Below, one piece after another: positions 1 through 6,798 of a stretch of DNA of 12,589 bases (position 1 is the first letter of the stretch; each line of letters starts with the position of its first letter). Both the position numbers and the translations under genes were made by a program. Under the pieces are notes generated by a model. It saw nothing but the letters and a program-made list of their open reading frames with translations. It had not been told where the DNA came from and searched no databases. The stretch spans positions 1 to 12,589 of the forward strand of contig JBJHDK010000063.1 of assembly GCA_050486505.1 (NCBI GenBank). Direction: 5' to 3'. This stretch comes from Fibrobacteria bacterium (lineage in GTDB: Bacteria; Fibrobacterota; Fibrobacteria; UBA11236).

Positions 1-11
1 GTGAGGGACGC

Positions 12-1256
12 ATGTACGCGCTCGTAGACGGCAACAACTTCTACGTCAGCTGCGAACGCCTCTTCCGCCCCGGGCTCGTAGGCCGTCCCGTCGTCGTCCT
101 GTCCAACAACGACGGCTGTGCCGTCAGCCGCTCCGACGAAGCCAAGGCCCTCGGCATCAAAATGGCCGCCCCCATGTTCAAGCACCGCGACCTCGTCCGG
201 CGCCACGGCATCGTCTGCCTCTCCTCCAACTACACCCTCTACGGCGACCTCTCCCGGCGTGTCATGTCCCTCTTCGACCAATGGACGCCCGACATCGAGG
301 TCTACAGCATCGACGAAGCCTTCCTCCGCATCCTCCCCGCCGATCTCAACCGGCTCCCCCTGCTGGCTGCCGAGATCCGAACCACGATCAAGGCATGGAC
401 CGGAATCCCCGTCTCCGTCGGTATCGGTCCCACCAAAACCCTCGCCAAGGCCGCCAGCGCCATTGCCAAAGCCCGAAAATGCGGCGCCTACCACCTCAGC
501 GACCCACAAGCTCTCCGGGAAGTCCCCATCGACAAGGTCTGGGGGGTGGGGCGCCGGTACAGCGAATGGCTCCAGAGCTGCGGTGTCCGGACCGCCTGGG
601 ACCTGCGGCAAAGCAATGAACTCTGGATCCGCCAGCGCATGAGCGTCGTCGGCCACCGCACCGTCCTCGAGCTACGTGGCATCCCCTGCATCGCCCTCGA
701 AACCGTCCCCCCGCAAAAACGCAACATGGCCCATGCCCGCAGCTTCGGCCACCCGGTCGAGCGCGAAGACGAACTCCGAGAAGCCGTCCTCCACTACACC
801 GAATGCCTCGGCGCCAAGCTCCGCGCCGCCGGGCTCGTGGCGCGGCACCTGGTCGTCTTCCTCGAAACCAACCCCTTCCGCCTTCAGGATCCTCAGTACC
901 GTGCCTCGCAGCATGGTGCCTTCCCTGTACCCACTCACTACACCCCCGAACTCACCCGCATGGCCATGGGGCTCCTTGGGGCCCTCTACCGCACCGGTTA
1001 CCGCTACAAGAAGGCTGGTGTGCTCGCTCTCGAACTCGTCCCCGAACACGAAGTTCAGTCCGAGCTCTTCGATACGGTCGACCGCGGGCGCGCCTCGCGA
1101 CTCATGCGCGCCCTCGATGGCATCAACAGACGGCACGGGCGCGGCACACTCGGGTTCGCCGCAGCGAATCACAGTACCGACTGGCGTCCACGCTTCGAGC
1201 AACGCAGCGAACGCTACACAACCCGGTGGAATGAACTCCCGATCGTCAGGGCCTGA
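12..1256 (+). CDS. umuC: Y-family error-prone DNA polymerase, UmuC/Pol V catalytic subunit type
   Basis: Motifs ALVDGNNFYVSCER, VVVLSNNDGCAVSRS, SSNYTLYGDLS and catalytic YSIDEAF; little-finger SFG and YKKAGV; C-terminal UmuC-type tail (W..R.E.RS.RYTTRWNELP). RBS-like GAGGG at 3-7. Confidence 0.93.
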   Translation: MYALVDGNNFYVSCERLFRPGLVGRPVVVLSNNDGCAVSRSDEAKALGIKMAAPMFKHRDLVRRHGIVCLSSNYTLYGDLSRRVMSLFDQWTPDIEVYSIDEAFLRILPADLNRLPLLAAEIRTTIKAWTGIPVSVGIGPTKTLAKAASAIAKARKCGAYHLSDPQALREVPIDKVWGVGRRYSEWLQSCGVRTAWDLRQSNELWIRQRMSVVGHRTVLELRGIPCIALETVPPQKRNMAHARSFGHPVEREDELREAVLHYTECLGAKLRAAGLVARHLVVFLETNPFRLQDPQYRASQHGAFPVPTHYTPELTRMAMGLLGALYRTGYRYKKAGVLALELVPEHEVQSELFDTVDRGRASRLMRALDGINRRHGRGTLGFAAANHSTDWRPRFEQRSERYTTRWNELPIVRA

Positions 1257-1349
1257 AAATTCGCAAAGGCATGTGAAGACGTGTGAAAGAACGGGACAAC
1301 CCGGAACCACCAGGCCTGCGGGCTCCGGCACCCGGTCACAGGTCAGCGC

Positions 1350-2186
1350 TCACAGGTCAAGACGGGGCGCGTCCGGCAACTCCACCGGCCGCCCCTCGGG
1401 GAGATCAACCGGCAACAGCAGGTCGGGCGCCTCGTTGCGGGCCAGGTTCACCCGTGTTGAGATCGGATAGGACACCATCCGGTCGTCTTGCGTCGGCCGC
1501 AGCAACGTGGCGGCCTGTGCCGCAGAGACACGGGGATCCAGCCATGCCCCCACAGACTCCTCCGCCAGAATGGCCGGCATGCGGTGGTGCGGGAGAGCAC
1601 GCAACAAGGCATTCGGCTCCACCGTCAGGATATTGAAGCTGAGGAACGGGGTGCCCGTGTCGTCTGTGGCTACGTCGTACACCCCCGCAAAGAAAAACGG
1701 CCGCCGCGCGTGCAGACCGAAGTACCGGGGAATCTTGGGCTGTTCCTTGTCGCGGAGCGCATCGTCAGGCCATTCCACGAACCCATCCGCGGGCACGAGG
1801 CAACGCTTCTGCTCCAGCAGTCCGTGCCAATAGCGGTTTGAGGGGTCCGTCACCGTATCCCAACGGCTGTTGAAATGGCTCTTGCGTGGCCCCTTCCATG
1901 CAAAACTCTTCCCACCATGCGCATCCGTCTTCCAGGTCACCTGCCCGGAAGCCCAGGCAGGGCAAATCCACCAGTGGGCAGTGTGAATCGTTGCGAAGCC
2001 CTCTTCGGCCAGGATGACAGGCTCGTGGCTGGTCGGAACGACGTTGAACCGACGACGTTCGGGTGCGCAAAGTGCGGCGCGAATGTCCGTATTGCGCAAG
2101 CCCTTGCGCAGCTCCTTCGGGACCGATGCCTCGATCACTTCCCAAAGCTCTGTCCCGTCATCGGTCAGGGTATAGCGTCCGCACAT
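1350..2186 (-). CDS. SOS response-associated peptidase (SRAP; YedK/HMCES family, abasic-site DNA-protein crosslinker)
   Basis: N-terminal MCGRY (catalytic Cys2), RFNVVPT, RCLVPADGFVEW, F.ILT..PN, HHRMPAIL and YPISTRVN. Confidence 0.93.
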   Translation of the reverse strand: MCGRYTLTDDGTELWEVIEASVPKELRKGLRNTDIRAALCAPERRRFNVVPTSHEPVILAEEGFATIHTAHWWICPAWASGQVTWKTDAHGGKSFAWKGPRKSHFNSRWDTVTDPSNRYWHGLLEQKRCLVPADGFVEWPDDALRDKEQPKIPRYFGLHARRPFFFAGVYDVATDDTGTPFLSFNILTVEPNALLRALPHHRMPAILAEESVGAWLDPRVSAAQAATLLRPTQDDRMVSYPISTRVNLARNEAPDLLLPVDLPEGRPVELPDAPRLDL

Positions 2187-2280
2187 GGCGGGAAAGGTAC
2201 CACCGGCCTCCGTGACGATCGGGAGCCAGTGGCAAAGTTCCCGGCCGGATCAGGGGAACGCGGCATGGATTCCTTGCCAT

Positions 2281-2348
2281 GTGAAAAAGATTGCGCACTT
2301 CAGTGTGAATCGTGGTGAAAGAAGTTGCGCACTTCAGTGTGAACCGTG
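2281..2348 (+). repeat. Tandem 34-bp direct repeat, 2 units, each an imperfect palindrome
   Basis: gtgaaaaagattgcgcacttcagtgtgaatcgtg (2281-2314) and gtgaaagaagttgcgcacttcagtgtgaaccgtg (2315-2348); 30/34 identical, followed by a gtga stub at 2349. Confidence 0.9.
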
Positions 2349-2829
2349 GTGATTCAGAAATGCGTCCGACCATCTTGCGTATTTCTGCGGAATTTCAAGG
2401 AAAGCCACAGACATCGATCGTGGTTGCGGGTCAAGGATCCAGCGAAGAAGCATGTCCCGACTCGGCCTCCCTTACAGAAGCAGCGTCAACGGAACCATCG
2501 GTCGAAGCATCTGTCCAGTCCTCTACATGGCTCCCGCAAATCCACATGCCGCAACATGGCTTCCACATCCAAGACATCCACGGCTATCCGAATACAGGAA
2601 ACGGCGCCTGTAAGACAGCACCCTCTACAGCCCTAACATCCTCCCCCATCATTCGCGGTTTTGGTCCCACCCGGTATTCTCGGAGGTGTCGCACGCGCCC
2701 TCAAGTACCCCATGGACCTCGATGAGCCCACAGCACCTTCACGAAAAAGCACGCGTTGGCACGGGTGACATCACAGAAACGCGGACGCTTCCAGCGGGAT
2801 GGAACAAAACCTAAGCCAGGGATAGCCAA

Positions 2830-3753
2830 ATGCCCAAACGCAAGTACAAGCGCAAAAATAACCGAGAACCCTATCTCAGCATCCTCAAAGACCGCGACAC
2901 TGCCGCCTGCCTGCTGTGCGGGAAGGTTCCGACACGTTCGCGGGATCTGACGATTGACCATCTGGACGGCAACACACGGAATAACCGACTCGACAATCTT
3001 CACCTTCTGTGCCGTTCATGCAATGCCGCCGAGGGTAACCGTGCCCGGTCCGGGACACGGCTGCTGACCACCGAAACCGCGCCCGCATTACGTGCCCGCA
3101 TGCTCCAGAATACCCCGACCATTTCCCGGGTGCCCCCTGTGTGTGTGCGTGATCCCGGACCGATCCTGCCGATCATCGCGCAAGGCTCTTCATGCCGTCC
3201 GGGAGCATTCGGGAGTCCCGAGGATGCCAACCAGCTGATGGAACCGCTCTACCGGCTCTGGGTGTTCGAACAGGTCAAGGCTCATGGAAGCATCCGGAAA
3301 GAGGACGCCCTTTCCGGCGGAGCAGAATACCTGCAACTCGTCGTCGGACGTGGCAGCCCGTTCACGTTGGAACGCTACCTGCGGAAGCTCATCAGCTGCG
3401 TCGGGAGTTTCACGGAGTACCGGAGTGAGCTTGGTGGGCTGGAGTACGGCTTCCGTCCCGGCGTGGACGTCGAAGCTCTGGGTGACAGACTCCGCAGCGA
3501 AGCGAAGTTCATGGGCCCATCAAGATCATGCGATGAAAGTTTCCGGACAAGTCACACGCGCGTGCACACGCGAGGCGGCTATCCTCCGACCCCACACGCG
3601 CACCCGAACACATCCCGACAAGGGCACGCGCAAGGGCGAGACGGAAGTTTTGAGAACATGCCCGCGTGCGCGCGCGAGGGAGGAGTCGGGAAAAGTCCAA
3701 TGTCTGTGAAAGACAAAACCACGAACACAGAAGGAGTCCTCCATGCGGAATGA
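2830..3753 (+). CDS. HNH endonuclease-domain protein with an unrecognised C-terminal region (possibly helix-turn-helix)
   Basis: RD..aCLLCG...LTIDHLDGNTRNNRLDNLHLLCRSCN is a canonical zinc-binding HNH motif (CxxC...DH...N...CxxCN). The stop overlaps the next ATG region (3743-3753). Confidence 0.8.
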   Translation: MPKRKYKRKNNREPYLSILKDRDTAACLLCGKVPTRSRDLTIDHLDGNTRNNRLDNLHLLCRSCNAAEGNRARSGTRLLTTETAPALRARMLQNTPTISRVPPVCVRDPGPILPIIAQGSSCRPGAFGSPEDANQLMEPLYRLWVFEQVKAHGSIRKEDALSGGAEYLQLVVGRGSPFTLERYLRKLISCVGSFTEYRSELGGLEYGFRPGVDVEALGDRLRSEAKFMGPSRSCDESFRTSHTRVHTRGGYPPTPHAHPNTSRQGHAQGRDGSFENMPACAREGGVGKSPMSVKDKTTNTEGVLHAE

Positions 3754-4117
3754 ACACCACGGAACCGGACCGCATACCCTCCACCGGCGTGGCACGTCCT
3801 CACCTAAAAGCCTCCATGAAATGGTGGAAGCGCGTAGAGCGGAGCGGCGCATGCAGCAAGCGGAAGTACCCCAAACGGCTCACCCCTCAACCCCGAGGCG
3901 CCCAATGCCCGTTCTGAATCCTTCAGAAACGGAGTTGGCTGACTGCTTTACCCCAAAGGAACTGGCCGCCAAGCTGAACATGTCCCTGAAATGGGTCGTC
4001 AAGATGACCCAGGCGCACCGCATGCCCGGTCAGATCAAGATCGGGCGCCTTTGGCGATACCGGCGGGCAGACGTGGAAAAACGCCTTCTCGCCGGGGACT
4101 TCCTTCTGGAGGAGTGA
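3743..4117 (+). CDS. Excisionase-like helix-turn-helix DNA-binding protein; true start may be downstream (e.g. ATG 3905)
   Basis: FTPKELAAKLNMS.KWV.KM.....MPG.IKIGRLWRYRRADVEKRL matches the MerR-like/HTH_17 Xis pattern; directly upstream of the integrase. Confidence 0.85.
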   Translation: MRNEHHGTGPHTLHRRGTSSPKSLHEMVEARRAERRMQQAEVPQTAHPSTPRRPMPVLNPSETELADCFTPKELAAKLNMSLKWVVKMTQAHRMPGQIKIGRLWRYRRADVEKRLLAGDFLLEE

Positions 4118-4192
4118 CATGACAATGAACACCGATCACGTTACGTTTTCGCCAGCACCTGCCAGTGCGCCCATTGCAAACAGGAGTGAGCA

Positions 4193-5272
4193 ATGGGTTT
4201 GAACATTCGAAAAACTGGAGCCAACACGTGGTTCCTGAACGTCCGCGTGCGCAAGGCCGGCAAGGAGCTTCGCAAGCGGGTCACGTTCAATGGCACCAAG
4301 GCACAGGCGGAAGAACGCTACATCGTCCTCAAGCAGGAGCTCCGGGAAGGAAGCCAGAGCTTTCGGCCGCTTTACCGGAAGCTGGTGACTTTTGGCGATG
4401 TGCTCACCCTCTACCGGGAGCGCCGCGAGGCATACGGAGAGGTCGACATGGCCCGGTATCGGGCACTGGAGCGGGACCTTGGCGGGGTGCCGCTGGCAGC
4501 CCTTCCAGACAGGCTGGAAGACTACCTGAGGCATCTCCGCACGTCTCCCTCACCCGCGACAGGCAAACCGCTGTCCAACGCCTCCCTGAACCGCTATCTG
4601 GCCTTGGCGCGGACCGCCTTCGGGGTTGCCGTCGACGTGGAGTTGCTGGATCGGAACCCGCTGACCAAGCGGCGCTTCCCGAAATTCCGCGAGGTGCCAC
4701 GTGACCGCGTACTGACCGATGAAGAGCGCCGTCGATTACTGAACGCGATCGATCAACATGCACCGCACCTCAGCGCCATCGTGAACTTCGCGTTCCAGAT
4801 CCCCTGCCGCAAATCCGAACTCGTCAACATGCGCAGGGAGGATCTGGACATGCTGAACGGTACGATCCGGGTCCGGAACGGCACGACGAAGAACGACAAG
4901 GCATGTGAGAAGCCGCTGCCACCGAACATGAGGGACTACTTCCGGAACCTTCCCCCGGACTGCCCTTGGATCTTCTACCGCAAAGAGGCGGGAGCCTACA
5001 GGCCACTGGGTTGCTTCAGCAAGTCATGGTACAAGTGCCTTCGAATCGCAGGCATCCGGAACTTCAGGTTTCATGACACGCGACACGTCGCAGCAACAGA
5101 CATGCTGGACCGCGGAAGCCCTGAGCAGGCAGTGCTGACCGTCGGTGGGTGGAAAACGAACATGCTCGGGGTCTACTACAACCGCAACAGCAAAAAGGCG
5201 TTGAGCCTTATTAAGTTTGCGGATTCCGGTAGTGGACACAAAGTGGACACTCTCGGGGTGAATGCAGCATAA
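4193..5272 (+). CDS. Tyrosine recombinase / phage-type integrase
   Basis: Basic N-terminal arm-binding-like segment, S.ASLNRYLA core-binding helix, catalytic R (CRKSEL), K (TTKNDK), HDTRH, GGW and Y (GVYY). RBS GGAG upstream; adjacent to the tRNA fragment. Confidence 0.95.
   Translation: MGLNIRKTGANTWFLNVRVRKAGKELRKRVTFNGTKAQAEERYIVLKQELREGSQSFRPLYRKLVTFGDVLTLYRERREAYGEVDMARYRALERDLGGVPLAALPDRLEDYLRHLRTSPSPATGKPLSNASLNRYLALARTAFGVAVDVELLDRNPLTKRRFPKFREVPRDRVLTDEERRRLLNAIDQHAPHLSAIVNFAFQIPCRKSELVNMRREDLDMLNGTIRVRNGTTKNDKACEKPLPPNMRDYFRNLPPDCPWIFYRKEAGAYRPLGCFSKSWYKCLRIAGIRNFRFHDTRHVAATDMLDRGSPEQAVLTVGGWKTNMLGVYYNRNSKKALSLIKFADSGSGHKVDTLGVNAA
5231..5250 (+). promoter_or_regulatory. Putative integrase arm-type binding sites (tandem AGTGGACAC)
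   Basis: agtggacac at 5231-5239 and 5242-5250, 11-bp period, about 70 bp from the att core. Confidence 0.55.
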
Positions 5273-5318
5273 ATTCGCTGTTTTTTGCGTTGATTCGGCG
5301 CTTTTTTGAGGCACACGA

Positions 5319-5367
5319 CGGAATCATAATCCGCGTGTCCGGGGTTCAAATCCCTGGCCCGCTACCA
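5319..5367 (+). pseudogene. 3' fragment of elongator tRNA-Met(CAT); attachment-site core duplication
   Basis: cgga-atcataa-tccg anticodon arm, gtgtc variable loop, cgggg-ttcaaat-ccctg T arm, gcccgct-a-cca end. No D arm or 5' acceptor strand upstream. Confidence 0.88.
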
Positions 5368-5443
5368 AAATTTTTCCTGTTGGCTGTACCTTGGCGCGCT
5401 GAGCGGCTAGCGGACAGCGGATCGCGAAAACAGGAGATGCAAC

Positions 5444-5473
5444 GAAGAGGCGACCCCAAGGGTCGCTTTTTTT
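5444..5473 (+). terminator. Rho-independent terminator, probably the native tRNA-Met terminator
   Basis: gcgaccc-caa-gggtcgc (5450-5466) followed by T7. Confidence 0.85.
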
Positions 5474-5572
5474 GTGCCTTTCAGGGGCCCTGCCGGGAGT
5501 TGACCGGAAAATGACCCCACAATTCCGTGATCGACTGTACGTTTGGATGAGCCTCACCCGAAAGGAGATTGC

Positions 5573-6040
5573 ATGCCAAGATTCACCCGTTCCACAGCTT
5601 GGGTTCCGGCGCTATTGTTGCTCGGCGTCATCGCTGCGCCGCGCGCCGCCCTCGTGGAGGTCAGCATCCAGGGATTCGCATTCTCCCCCGCGGCAGTGAC
5701 CGTGCAGGTGGGCGACACCGTCCGCTGGACGAACAACGACGGCGCCACGCACGATGTCGTGCGCACCGAAGCTCCCGGCACATGGAATTCCGGAAACCTC
5801 GGCAACGGAGCGACCTACGAGCGCGTGTTCGATACGCCCGGTGTCTTCGCATACGTCTGTTCCCATCATGGCGGCATGACCGGCACTGTAACGGTCGAGG
5901 GCCCAAGCTCACTGCGCTACGGCGCACGCGCTCCGGACGCGAACCGCCTGCCGGGAAAGGGCGCGCCGCGTGATCTTCTGGGCCGCAGCCTCTCGCCGGA
6001 GAGGAACGCCGCGCCGGTCATCATCGTCCCCGTGCGCTGA
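5573..6040 (+). CDS. Secreted cupredoxin (plastocyanin/amicyanin-like blue copper protein) with C-terminal extension
   Basis: RBS AAAGGAG before ATG 5573; signal peptide; F.FSPA.VTV.VGDTVRWTN.D..THDV; ligand loop Y.CSHH.GMTGTVTV (His, Cys, His, Met). Confidence 0.88.
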   Translation: MPRFTRSTAWVPALLLLGVIAAPRAALVEVSIQGFAFSPAAVTVQVGDTVRWTNNDGATHDVVRTEAPGTWNSGNLGNGATYERVFDTPGVFAYVCSHHGGMTGTVTVEGPSSLRYGARAPDANRLPGKGAPRDLLGRSLSPERNAAPVIIVPVR

Positions 6041-6083
6041 TCGGGGGGCCTGAACCTGCGGGCCGGGTAATACCTTTCCCGGC

Positions 6084-6794
6084 ATGCTCACCTTCCTTCG
6101 CCGCGCGGCGATTCACGCGACCGCCGCGCTTATTCTGTTGTTGCCCTGCGCACCTTCAGCGAACCCCGCACATGAAGACGACCGGGACTGGTCCCCGCAC
6201 ACGTTCAGCACCTTGTTTTCACTGAACTTCGGCCTGCAGCACTCCAATTACGACTCCCGCACCAACCGCTTTCTCGCCGATCATTGGGGGCCGTCGTTCG
6301 AACTCGAAGCCGGTGCGGGCGACAGCAAGCTCACGTTCTATTTCTCGCCGTGGACAACCAATCCGGAGCGCGACATGCGCATCTGGAACGACACGCTGTA
6401 CACGTTCGATGAGTTCAACCCCGTCAAGTGGGGCCTTTTGCTGGGCAGCCGTTTCTTCGTCACGGACCGCAGCGAGTGGGGCACCAACATCGGCATGGAA
6501 TGGGCGACGTTCGGGGGGTTCTCGGAGAAGGAAGAACGTGAGGGGGTTCGTGTCCGCATGCCGACGATTCGCAGCGCGGTCTTCGGCATCGATCACCGTC
6601 GCGATCTGCTGAAGACCTCACAAGGGAGCAGCGTGGGCATGAAAATCGGCTACCGCTATTCCATGGCGGACTATCGCGTCTTCAACAAGGATCTCGGGAC
6701 GGGAAATCACGCGTGGACGTTTCTGGTGACTCTCGGCAACAAGACCTTCCACCGTCCACCGCCGCCACCGGAACGCCCGACGGAATACTATTGA
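6084..6794 (+). CDS. Hypothetical exported protein, possibly outer-membrane beta-barrel
   Basis: Signal-peptide-like N-terminus, alternating aromatic/Gly beta-strand patterns (FSLNFGLQ, VGMKIGYRYS, WTFLVTLG), GC3-rich codons. Confidence 0.65.
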   Translation: MLTFLRRAAIHATAALILLLPCAPSANPAHEDDRDWSPHTFSTLFSLNFGLQHSNYDSRTNRFLADHWGPSFELEAGAGDSKLTFYFSPWTTNPERDMRIWNDTLYTFDEFNPVKWGLLLGSRFFVTDRSEWGTNIGMEWATFGGFSEKEEREGVRVRMPTIRSAVFGIDHRRDLLKTSQGSSVGMKIGYRYSMADYRVFNKDLGTGNHAWTFLVTLGNKTFHRPPPPPERPTEYY

Positions 6795-6798
6795 GGAG

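Larger units (their letters stand above)
1..5367. mobile_element. Right end of a tRNA-Met-integrated genomic island/prophage-like element; left end lies outside the window
   Basis: xis-int followed by a 3'-only tRNA copy; typical island cargo (umuC, SRAP, HNH); housekeeping genes lie to the right. Confidence 0.8.

Noticed and set aside
1336..1359. tcacaggtca direct repeat at the SRAP stop
   Set aside because: A 10-bp local duplication with no flanking element or other copies; no function supportable.
118..1841. Long alternative-frame and antisense ORFs over umuC and SRAP, with similar ones over the oxidoreductase and queA
   Set aside because: Pro/Arg/Ser/Ala-rich shadow ORFs expected from high GC3 codon usage.
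2281..2352. CRISPR or TIGR-type array
   Set aside because: Only two abutting units with no variable spacers; no cas or Nop-domain gene is recognisable in the window.
2312..2725. 137-aa ORF (and overlapping 2346-2636)
   Set aside because: Ser/Thr-rich, no recognisable motif, lacks the GC3 bias of neighbours and overlaps the repeats. Not excluded, but unsupported.
2830..3753. IscB/Cas9-like or group II intron protein
   Set aside because: No PLMP, split RuvC or reverse-transcriptase motifs visible; the HNH is at the extreme N-terminus.
5292..5367. Intact tRNA-Met
   Set aside because: No 5' acceptor strand complementary to gcccgct and no D arm; only the 3' ~49 nt are tRNA-like.
5290..5557. Short ORFs 5290-5514 (+) and 5324-5557 (-)
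   Set aside because: They run through the tRNA fragment and terminator; typical spurious translations.
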